From: Lingula anatina
Taxonomy: Eukaryota; Animalia; Brachiopoda
Length of the DNA stretch: 64,000 bases
Direction of reading: 5' to 3'
Assembly (NCBI GenBank): GCA_051362555.1
Contig: CM120642.1
Location: forward strand, 12,896,001 to 12,960,000
In this document: piece by piece, positions 53,501-64,000 of the stretch
Layout: every line of letters starts with the position of its first letter
How positions within the stretch are numbered: position 1 is the stretch's first letter
Position numbers and translations under genes: made by a program
Notes under the pieces: generated by a model
What the model saw: only the letters and a program-made list of their open reading frames with translations
Databases searched by the model: none
Told to the model about the DNA's origin: nothing

Positions 53501-56500
53501 TTCTCCGGTTCTACCCCGCGTTACGCAGACGTCGGCTGTAATGGTCCATTAGCGCGCTGGGTGTGTGAGCAGGCGGAAGGTACAGTGCTTATATATTGCA
53601 TAGAAACCTTAATTAACACCGCTGTGTGGTTGTAACGCGAGAAAACTGCAGTCATTCGTTCATCTTTATATAACAGTGTTATTGTGTTAGGTCCTGAATT
53701 CTTGGTTCATCGCGTTAGTTTCGTTAACTTTAAAATGCTGTTGATTTTTAAGTTTGTTGGCGCGCTGTTGTATGTATGTGGACATAAACAACTGAGGCAG
53801 CGGGTGTATTTCCCCATTTACAGCTGGGAATCTTTGGGCACTGTTATCTACTTTGGAAAGCACAATACAGTGAATGCAGGGTCGCGTTGGTTTTCTGGCT
53901 GAAAAATTCATGTGATTTGTTCCTATTTGCACTGTTAACAATGTACGTTCCTGGGTTTTGTTAAGAAAGCAGATATATTGCAATTTGCGCGTGTGCTTGC
54001 CTATAGTGTGATAATGTTGACATCTGTTTATGTAGTTTAGACAAGAGTCTAGCGGTATAAGATACCCTTGTATAATCATCAAATGGCCGTATAGCCTGTC
54101 ATTTACTCCCAAAGGATATTGTGCAAATCCCGGGGAATCTGACAACGCTGTGTTCAACGACAGTGGGTTGAGTCTCTACAGGTATTTTAAGAAAGACAAA
54201 ACCATTACCTACCGGTGCAAGAGTGGATATGTTCTTTATGATGGTCACTTGCAAAGACAATGCGTGGATTCGCTGTGGACCAATCATCCACCAAAATGTA
54301 TAGGTGAGTGAAACTCTTAAATGTGATGACAGATGTACGAAATTAATATATGCACCCCTGTGCTCTCTTTAGAGATTAAGATACCCGACAAAACATACTT
54401 TGATCCCAATTTTGATGCTTTTTCTTTGATATCCAATGTAAGTAAAACACCGTACTCAAATGCTTTTACCAAGTTAATTTAATTCGGTGTCTCCTCTGAA
54501 ATTTATTACACAGTGCATCTCGCATAATAAATCTATGAGCGCAATCTCTAATTTCGATGTTTTAATATTATGAAGTTCATATTTTTATAGCATGTTTTGT
54601 GTACGTCATGTTTTGGTAATCCATAATAAGATCGCTTAAAAAGGGATGCAAAACACAAACACACACACACACAAACACACGTATTGAATTTGAAGTACAG
54701 ACATCGTATTCGTCTCTGATCGATGTTATTTAACATATGGTTTAATGCGGGATTAGGTAAAACTGTCATCTATACATTAGGATCGATTGAGCCCGTTCTT
54801 TTCAGCATGAACTGTACAGTTGTATCTTTTGTCACATCAAGGCAACGATACAACGCAGTCTTTGGGCGGTGTAAATAATTCACATTTATTCGACCTATCT
54901 GCAGTCTTTGAACTGTCATGTTACAACACGATCCGTTGAGTGGTGTGAATAATTAACGTTTCTTGTCGTTACGGAGACATGTAATGATCTGTCTGAGCAG
55001 TGATCAATTGCAAGGTAAAGATGTGGATGACGTTTTAGGTCGTTGATATATGCTCTAACTTTAAGGCGCAGGTTGTAGAAATTAATCAATTTTTTTCAGA
55101 AATTAACTCTACTCAACGTATTTGTAATCTCTGATTTATTTGTTTTGTTTTTATCAGCTGTTTGTGGTGACCCTTCGGTTGGTGTGATAAACGCAGCGCT
55201 GACCAGATTACCAAGAGGTCTCTTGCTCGCTGGAACAAACGTAAGTCGATACGGGAGGTCCTCAACTTACGACGGAGTTCCGCTCCTTCACTGTACAACG
55301 CGCGGTAAAGCAAGACCCTTTGTATATCGACATCCACTTGTCACTCACTTGTCCTACTGCTAGGGAACAAAGTAGTAAATTCATAGACTGTGAAAAAACA
55401 CTTTTCGGCGACAAGAAAAAAGCAGAAGTAGGACTGAAGTAGAAATGTCGCAATCAGCAACTAGCGCCCAACCATAGGTGTTAGCTTATTTACGCCGCAC
55501 GGTGCATGTAGCTGTAACGCTCCATTTATACCGAACTTTTGACCGCTTGGGGGAGGACGAATTTTGGTCCTCTCTCTCACCACTGGTGGCACACAGTGTT
55601 TCATCCTCATACTAGGTTGTCTGATTGTCAAAACTATTTTTTTGTTGTTGTTGATGTTGATAGGGGTGGGGGTAGTATACAGAAGTGTATGTTTTGCCAA
55701 GCTGAGCTTTTTCGGTGGTTTACACAGCTTACGCACTCCTGTAATACCCATCTGACGAGTAACAAGTATGTGTCCTTTGGCATTTTGAGAAAAACCAAAA
55801 TGCCCACCATTTGCCATATAAATTATGTAACCTGTTCATGTGCCTTGGTTTCGACTTCTGCCAGGGAGATGAAGTGTCCATTACCAGGTATCAAGTTACC
55901 AAGTTAAACTAAGATACTTTCTCGGTATTTTTCCCATCTGTTATACACCTGATATGCAGAGTTTATGTGTCCAAAGGCGAGAGAAAACCGATGGTGTTAT
56001 CCAAGCGGCCGCAAGAACGATATAAACGGGGTTTAGGTTGAATATGCCAGGTTGCTGTAAACACAAATTATTGACGGATACTGAAAGTGGCCGAAACTCG
56101 TGAGATTTAAATAATGTCGTGATCGTAGCGGTCGTGGAAAAGTCTCAGTAGGGCGTAAACATAGCTTAATCGAAAAAAAAACTAAGGAAAGATGGCGTAT
56201 TAGTTTATGGGAGACACGTTCGTACGCCATAAACACGGAGCGCAATAATGTAGAAACCGTCGTAACTCAAGACCTTTCTGTGCCAGTTCATAACAAACAT
56301 GCTTTGTTTAATGTTTTAACAAAACAGAAGAAGATAAACCTAGCACTCAACTTACGATGTAATGGGGCATCAGCATTACTGATCGCAATGAAATTCAGTA
56401 TTATATGCATATTTTTCTCTTCTGTGATATCACACTACTAAATAAATCATAACATCCATTCTCTTAATCTTTTCGAACATTTTTCTTGCTATAAACCTTG

Positions 56501-59500
56501 TCCTAATTCTTGTAAACTATTCATTATTTATGCAGTAAAAGTTAAACTATATATCAAGCACATACCGTATGAACATAAATAGTCATCCATGCTTCATTGA
56601 TTTAATGGTATGTATTTCTATGTTAACAGGTTACTTTTGAATGCGTGACACCTGCTGTTTTGATCAGGGGTCACTTGTTCAGGACTTGTAACGATAGCGG
56701 CCAGTGGACTGGACTTCCTGCTATTTGTCAGGGTACATATAATTATACATATATATGGTTAAAGAAATGCTAATTAATTGCATCTTATTGGGGCAGCTGC
56801 TACAAGCGCCGTGTTGAAAAGGCAATTGAACCAAAATGGTTATTTTGCAAATACTTAAGCCTATACAAATTTATCATGCATGGTATTAATTTTTTTGTGC
56901 AAAAGAAAAAAAACAACAAATGTGGATGTCATATTACACCCACGCTGTTGAAGCGCGATTTCTTCTAACCTGGACAATGCTTCCATAGTAGATTTGTTCT
57001 TTCCACTAAGATGCGATTGTTAAACACCGAAAAACGTTCATTCATATGTGTTATGTGCAATCAGTAGTGTACCTTGTTGCAAAGTAATTTGGCACCTACC
57101 GTATGGCGTAGAATACTTGTCATTGACCAACAGAGGTCTGTCCGATATTGTCTTTCAGCACCGTGTTCAGCCCCACCAGATGGGCTTAACGTCCACCACA
57201 ATGGTACCAATTCATCGACTTATCCGCACGGCACTGCGGTCCATTATGCCTGCAACAACGACGCGTACCACGTTGGCGATGACTCCAGTGACTTTTGCAA
57301 GTACTGTGATAACGGGACGTGGTCAGGGGGCGTTCCTTTTTGTGAAAGTGAGTGAATTATTTTTGGCTATGTTGCAAATGCACATCTTGTAAATGTTCTA
57401 TAGTGTCAGAGAAGCTCGTAAAATCTGAGAAATACTCTTCTCAATGTCAGTGGTAATCACCGAAACTAACTTTCGAAACAATTTCCAGATGTATCCAAAT
57501 AGAGGTTACCGAGTTACGGTACACAATGTAACGAAATGTCCGAATAGGCTGGAGTAAACCAGGAAAGTGACCATGAACGTGACGACGTCCAAGTTTTGGC
57601 AGTTATTTAATTGGCCTGGTGTCAGTATACCGAAGTCCTTTACAAAAGGAATGAAATGTGTTCCACTACGTCAATTTACCGCCTGCAATTCTAAGTGCAC
57701 GATTTTACCACTCGGTCATTTATATAAACTCTCGTTGCCGATCTGTCAATTTGTTTTATAAGAACTATCTGCATTGTAAAGTGTACCTATAGATTTCTCT
57801 GTTGGCGTTGTGCAAAAACACAAACTTGAAACTGAGTCATTCAGTTATCTGATATCGGAAACCCGTAAAACATTTTATCGCTGTCCAGCAGCTATGTAGC
57901 ATAGGTATTTAATGCTTGACCAATTACCCATCCATAATTTGGAATAAATTTCTTTTCAGTGCATCGCGTGATTCACTTAGTGATGATACTCCTATTGCTT
58001 TATCATCATGTGATATTTGTTTGAAACAGTGGGTGACTTCGATCTCATTTGAATTCAACTGGGGAATCTAGGCTTATTGACGCCATTTCATTTATGCCAA
58101 GGTCTTTTTGAAAATACATGTAAATATAGGCTCAGTTTAGCACTGTTTCTGTCTCATTGAGCATTTTGATTTCTTTACACGTGGTCAATATCACATAAAA
58201 CAATATTGAGCAAGAAAAGAAGGTGAATATATATCATTCTTATGGACGTGAATGACTTTTTTCTGTTGTTGTTGCTGTGAATCGAAGAGTAAAAGGTATG
58301 ACAGGCGACAAATAGTATGTTGTCAGAACTAATATTCTTATTTATATTAAGCAGTTAATATTCTTTGCAAGCTTTTTCACAAAAGATCAATGAAAGATTT
58401 GGAGATACCCTTGAACCGAAGCGAAATGAAAGATTCATTCCTTTATTTTCGGTTGAAGTCAAACAAAATCAAGGATAATGTAGATATATTCCTGCTACCA
58501 TTTCGTTGATGAATCAGTCATTAAACATTCAATTTCATATCCATTTCCAGTGAAATAAGATTAAGCGAACAATTTGAAAAAAAAAAACGTGAAAGACCGG
58601 ACCAAAAGCTACTGGCACATGTAAAAAAGGCATGGAACATGTATCTTTAATAATTTTGCAGGACGTCCTTATATCACTCTGTATTTGCAGCCATTCCTAG
58701 CTGCCCATTGGAACTGTGGTGAATGATGATCAAAACATGGATTAATTCACCGTTATCTCTTCATTCCAGAAACGTGTGATCTTAGATTGAATTCAGGCGT
58801 ATCGTCACACACTGTAGTCGAGACCGAAACCATGGTCTCGTGGACTCTGGTCACTGGGTGCGGGCAGGTCACCAATACGTTTTCACTGGAAAACGGAACA
58901 TCGGTGTTGAGCGGCATGTCAGTGAGAAACGAGTGTAATGGAACAGCTCGCCCATCTTCTGGCGACATCTATCGGACGTGTCACAATGGATCATGGACGG
59001 GTTCTCCACTTAATTGCTCGAGTAGGTATAGAGACTTAGAGCTCATTCCCAATGAAGCTGTTGTTCCACGTAGATCGATCCAACTCTGCCGGGACTCGCG
59101 CTGAATGCAATCAGATAGAATCATTAAACACGCCTCTTTTTGTTTCCAACGCACTCGTATAATCCCCAGCTTTTTTATATTCTACTCAAAGAGGAGGTGC
59201 TTAAATATGTTAAACTGATCGCATTTGAAGCAAGAATCCGTGCGGAATTGGATCGATCCTCGTAGAACGATAGTTGCATTGGGAATGAGCCCTTATCCAT
59301 ATATTCCTTAAATATCGTCACTTAGCATATCTCCATCAACTAACTTGAGTATTTTGACTCTTGAAGCCGATACTTAATGTGATGAAATTTGTTGATTTTG
59401 CCGTTAAGTAAAGCCACACCTATTACATGATAAGTGTGTGATTCATTCTTATCATTCGTTTGGCCAAAACAAACCAATCATTATTTATTTGTTGTTGGTA

Positions 59501-62297
59501 TTTATGTTGTATATTCGGTTTTCTCTATCCTTATTATGTTATAATTATATACCTATGCCCCCATCCCCCATCCGAGTCATTTTTTAACATTTGCCAGGCT
59601 ATAAAATTATAAAGTACAGTCTATCAGGGATAAAGCGTATACAGGGTGGTCCATAACAATCGACCCATTATACTTTCCATCTCAATTTCGGTTCTTTTTT
59701 ATGAATTAAATTTTTCAGACTGCTCTCCACCAGAAAATGGAACAAATACTATATTATATGCAGATTGGCTGTATATGGATAGCCAACAAGAAGACTATGG
59801 CGGAGGGATAGTGCCAGAGGGCGTTACTACCTCGTATCGTTGTTTAGAGGGGTATTTTCTTTCGAGCGGTGATGCCTGCAGACGTTGCGAAAGAGGGTAT
59901 TGGACGGGAAACCCACCCGCTTGTCATAGTGAGTAGCTTCCAGTGCGTGTTGGCGTGGGTGCTGGGATGATCATGTTGTATACATGTACTTGTATTTTCG
60001 AATATACAGATATTCAGTTTCCGATGCCTTTATCTAGCTGGCATATATATCAAGTGATCTAAAGAGCTTAAAATTGTAACTTCCCAATCACTAGTTACCA
60101 TATATTCACATTCTATTTTCATATTATTGTATTCTGCTTTTATATTCTATTTTAAAGATATTGATTACAGATAGCATATGTTGTAGTCATGCGGTAGCAC
60201 TGCTGTTTTCACGCGGATTTGACAAATTTCCTGTATTTTTTTTTCCAATATTACAATTTTCCGCATGACCCACCGATATACCCCGCAATCCAAGCGTTAC
60301 CGCGGTGTGTTTCCCCACATATTTATGTGTACCCATTACCTATATTCTTGTACTGCTACTCCACCATCATAACACTTCAGGAGCCTGCCTGCCACCGGAA
60401 CCGGGCACAAACGTTATCATGAATAACAACCTTCTGAATTTCTCCACGCTGCTCGATGGATGTAATTCAGCGGTTTGGGTAGGCGGAAGATATCCCCATG
60501 AAACGGTTCTTCGTTACCAGTGTAGCCAAGGGCGAGCACATTCAGCGGGAACATTGAACAGAACGTGTGAGAATGGCCTGTGGAGTGGGCAGGCGCCTTC
60601 TTGTCAAGGTAGGTCAGTTTAATTTAAAAAAAAGACATTTCATACAATGCATGGAAATTAAAAAGTTGTTTATATGTTCCTGAATTTTAATTTTAATTTT
60701 AATTTAACAATTCTCCTTTAAAAAAACTTGAGAGGAAAATACTTTATATTATAATTTCTTGTAATTATTATTAATATATTTTACCAGTCTGCAACACGTA
60801 TTTTCTGAGCGGAGATTTCCCTGGCCTAAACTTACAAGGAACTACTCGGCTTTTACACCAATATGATCGCGTAGTAGAGCCAGGCATAAGTTCGCCGCCA
60901 CGGTTTCGGCAGCGGGATCGCTTCAATGTGTACCTCATGGCTGTGGAAGGAGTATGGTACATCAAAAATGTAAACGACGTTTCAGACGTGTCGCTCAAGA
61001 AATCCCAGAATACAAGTGACCCTCCAATAGAGCCGGGTTGGTTTTACAATATCCCTAACTTCGGCTTGGCCTGGGTGTATGACGCTTCTGTCAGACTAGA
61101 ATGCATCCCAGGTAAAGAAACGCGAAAGCATCGTTGGTCTTGTAACTAACAATTTTGTTTTACCTTTCTTCAGTTCTGTCTTTATATATACTTCTTAACT
61201 ATCTTTTCATTCACCGACATTAAGAAATATTTTCCCATATCGCTCGGGTGACAGTGTATTATCTCATACTTAAACTAAATCAGATTTTTACTGTAGCCTT
61301 ATGTATTACTGGTAGGCATAAAGTACCAATGCACATGCATATATGGTGTAATTATAATTTAAGGTACTTGTATCCATACGTATGAGTATCCTGGGAGGCC
61401 CAGGGTTGTATCAAACGGGACCACCATTGAATATTCCTGCCTTCCTGGGTATCATCTGTTTGGTGGGAACACAATCAACACGTGCTTAGGAGGGGAATTT
61501 ACAGGGACAGCTCCGGTTTGTAAAGGTGGGGAAGGAATTTAAAAGACATTGCGAGGATTTTTTTAAGCATTGGTGGTCTCCTCAAAGTCGACCTGGTAAA
61601 ATTTTCAATTGAAATTCAGAACTCCTAAATCGTGTTGATTTTTATTATGAAAACAAAAGAAAGAAATATTTTATGTTACTTTTTAGTGTAATATGTGACG
61701 TCATGTAATTGGGCAATGACTCTCGTAAAAGCGTTGCATTAATTTGAGTTTTTCAGTTATATATATAAACACAGATGTTTTACAGTATGGAAACCATTCC
61801 CCGCATTTCTATTAATATCATAACGATCAGACTCATATTCCAGAATGCTGCAGTGCCCCGAGGAATGTGACCACATCGTCTTTGGCTCTCGTCAATACTG
61901 CCGTACCTGCAGGTATGGGTTGTATGCCTAATACAGATACCTCTATGGCCAGTGGAACACTTTATCCATCTGGTTCGATGGCAATATACACGTGTTGGCC
62001 AGGTTTGGTCCTGCAAGAAGGAAACTCCAGCAGGACCTGTCACAATGGTACCTGGTCAGGAGCAGAAGCAGTTTGTGGTGGTAAGGCATTTTTTTCAATT
62101 GTTAGTAAATAATATGGTTTTGATTGTCACGGTTACTGGTCGATGTAATATTTATTTGCATATTTCTTGGGTATTTCATGTCATGTGTCTACCAAAACAT
62201 CATTAAAATAAGTCAATGAAACAATTCAACATAGCCAACAATACAACATATGGAAGGGACAGGTAAATTGTTTTTATCATCTTCCCAAAACGGGTCA

Positions 62298-62339
<42 letters not shown>

Positions 62340-63653
62340 GTTCTCCGCCCGGCTAGGCTATTTCCAAAAGGCAGTCAAGTCACACCTGAGCTTTACTACG
62401 CAATTCTTTCATTTTCACTTATTCGCCAAAATTGTAGTGGGGAGGAAAGCAAAGAATTTACTTCTCTTTTTCTTCATACGAATTTTATTCTTTGCATTTG
62501 ATAAGGCTGTACGACCTTTGTTTTGCAGTGCCTCGCTGCTCATTACTTCCGCTAGTGGAGCACGCAAATTTGACAGTGTTCCGGCCTATCCATGACGATG
62601 ACAACAGCACCGATTTCTTCATAAACGGAACCGAGGCTCACTATTCCTGCCACACTGGGTATTACCGCACCAGCGGAAATACCTATAGGAAGTGTGAAAA
62701 TGGCTATTGGACAGGGATATCACCCACGTGCAGCGGTACGAGAAATTGAAATGCTTTGTATGTTTGCGTGCATTTGCGTAGCTTTGACAAGACGGGTTTA
62801 TATGATTGATAACATAAGTAAAACTTCTTGTTTTGAGTGTCCCAATTACCGACGGTGTTCTGTCGCATTTCACTTTGTCGTCCCTGTTTCAGATCGCTGT
62901 GTTATCCCACCTCCTGGGAAGAATGTAGAGTACGAATACGACGAGTCTCCTATAAACGGGAGCGTCCCCATCGACACTACAGCTTATGGCACCTGTCTAC
63001 CTGGCCATAATCTTGACTCTGGGCAGTTGTGTCGCAAATGTGAGGCGGCCTCATGGTCAGGGGCGCGGCCGATCTGTGCAAGTACGCCATTGGTTTCCTA
63101 TCAGTTGTTAAATTGATACTATATGGGTATTTTTACTTTAATGTTAACTTCGACGTTGACGTACGTAATTCAGATATACATTGCTTTGGAACTTGCCTGC
63201 CTCATCTTACTTCAACCTACATTGTGCCTAGTCAAATACCCTGTGCTATGGTTTAATAAATCCCATATGAATTACTACAAAATATGCAAGGTGACTATTG
63301 GTATGCTATTAATAGTCTCATTATTACGTTTAGATTAGGATCGATCGTAACGTTCAGTGTTTTATTGATCATCATCTTTCAATTAAGGGCACTGCGGCGC
63401 TTTGGGTCCTGTACCCCACGCTAACTTGTGGTTTGTTAGTCCTTTTGGCCGGTTTACCTGCGGCAGCAGCTTTAATCAAAGACCAGACAACGGCGAACAT
63501 CTAAGCGGGACCCAAGCAACGTACACATGCCAAGATGGTTACACATATCAAAACGGGTCTCTTACTAGGACCTGTTACAATGGCGCGTGGTCAGGAACAC
63601 CGCTTGAATGTAGAGGTACAGAAAGTAGCGGAGTTATATTTCAGTGAATAATT

Positions 63654-63697
<44 letters not shown>

Positions 63698-64000
63698 TAG
63701 TTTTTATTTGAACTTTTTGTCAGTTGACCCCATGGTGGTACTTTTTGATTCACTTTAATTGTTAACAATACACTTAAATACGACTAACACAATTAGATTT
63801 GCATTTTAATTTAGAATATCGAAATACCAAAGACAATATTTGATTTAAGAAAAGAGAATTGTAAGAACATGACACTTCGAAAATGTTGCATGATATTACT
63901 AGAATGAATGTTCATAAGGGGAAGACACATAGTCTTTTATTCAAGGTCTAGAATCATGTTCCTTTAAGAGTAGTAAATATAGAATATTATTTTCCAGGTG
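50578..64000 (+). CDS. Secreted or membrane C-type lectin + multiple sushi (CCP/SCR) module protein, 3' end outside window
   Basis: Exons 50578-50641 (signal peptide); CTL domain 51431-51582, 52900-53021, 53443-53579; CCP1 54115-54303; CCP2 55158-55240 + 56630-56732; CCP3 57159-57347; CCP4 58770-59021; CCP5 59719-59928; CCP6 60381-60608; non-CCP domain 60788-61111; CCP7 61364-61525; CCP8 61844-62080; CCP9 62529-62735; CCP10 62893-63081; CCP11 63388-63615; next acceptor TTTCCAG at 63997. All module boundaries are phase 1; C..C..C.xG.W.G..P.C consensus. Probable 5' UTR exon ends at 50100 (AAG|GTATGT). Confidence 0.9.
51775..52160 (+). mobile_element. Decayed RTE-clade retrotransposon 3' end in lectin gene intron
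   Basis: RMLTMKPPGKRKRGRSKKMSMDVIKEDMQEV...QDRCKRRRTIRCGDP* is the characteristic RTE C-terminus, followed by short 3' UTR AAGGGCAAAGCCGAAAG and an A-rich tail; upstream part is frameshifted. Confidence 0.85.
55252..56280. mobile_element. Tigger/pogo-like (Tc1/mariner superfamily) non-autonomous element, ~1.03 kb
   Basis: Left TA|CGGGAGGTCCTCAACTTACGACGGAGTT versus reverse complement of right end CAGAAAGGTCTTGAGTTACGACGGTTTC; right flank TG (presumed mutated TA). No transposase ORF. Confidence 0.6.
59039..59292. mobile_element. PIF/Harbinger (Tourist-like) MITE, 254 bp, TTA TSD
   Basis: ~50-bp imperfect TIRs GAGCTCATTCCCAATGAAGCTGTTGTTCCACGTAGATCGATCCAA / GGGCTCATTCCCAATGCAACTATCGTTCTACGAGGATCGATCCAA; TTA at 59036-59038 and 59293-59295. 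Confidence 0.88.
62300..62336. repeat. (TA)n microsatellite
   Basis: Visible run in lectin/CCP gene intron. Confidence 0.95.
63656..63694. repeat. (TA)n microsatellite
   Basis: Visible run in lectin/CCP gene intron. Confidence 0.95.

Noticed and set aside
58691-58722. Possible micro-exon after TTTGCAG upstream of CCP4
   Set aside because: In-frame TGA, and the nearest GT gives a 28-nt frameshifting exon.
4017-64000. Idea that the four genes form one functional cluster for a chitinous structure
   Set aside because: Unrelated families, mixed orientation and TE-rich spacers; adjacency alone is not evidence in an animal genome without synteny or co-expression data.

Overview
AT-rich, intron-containing animal (most likely marine invertebrate) genomic DNA; the species cannot be named from sequence alone. 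I assembled four spliced protein-coding genes by hand, checking splice sites and reading phase: (1) a complete chitin synthase on + (15 coding exons, 4017-22091, ~1669 aa) with a second candidate first coding exon, a GC-AG intron and a furin-flanked mucin-like loop; (2) a 3-exon somatomedin-B-domain, Methuselah/secretin-like 7TM receptor on - (27156-23885, ~879 aa); (3) a 9-exon glycine-receptor-like anion-selective Cys-loop channel subunit on - (39654-30075, ~399 aa); (4) a C-type lectin + at least 11 sushi/CCP module protein on + (50578 to beyond the window end) whose extra cysteines fall in a regular pattern suggesting disulfide-stapled CCP pairs. Introns and intergenic DNA hold L2-like, RTE and Tc1 remnants, a SINE 3' part, a Helentron-type element and several MITEs with readable TIRs and TSDs. 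No tRNA, rRNA or CRISPR feature is supported. Family assignments rest on recalled motifs, not database searches.
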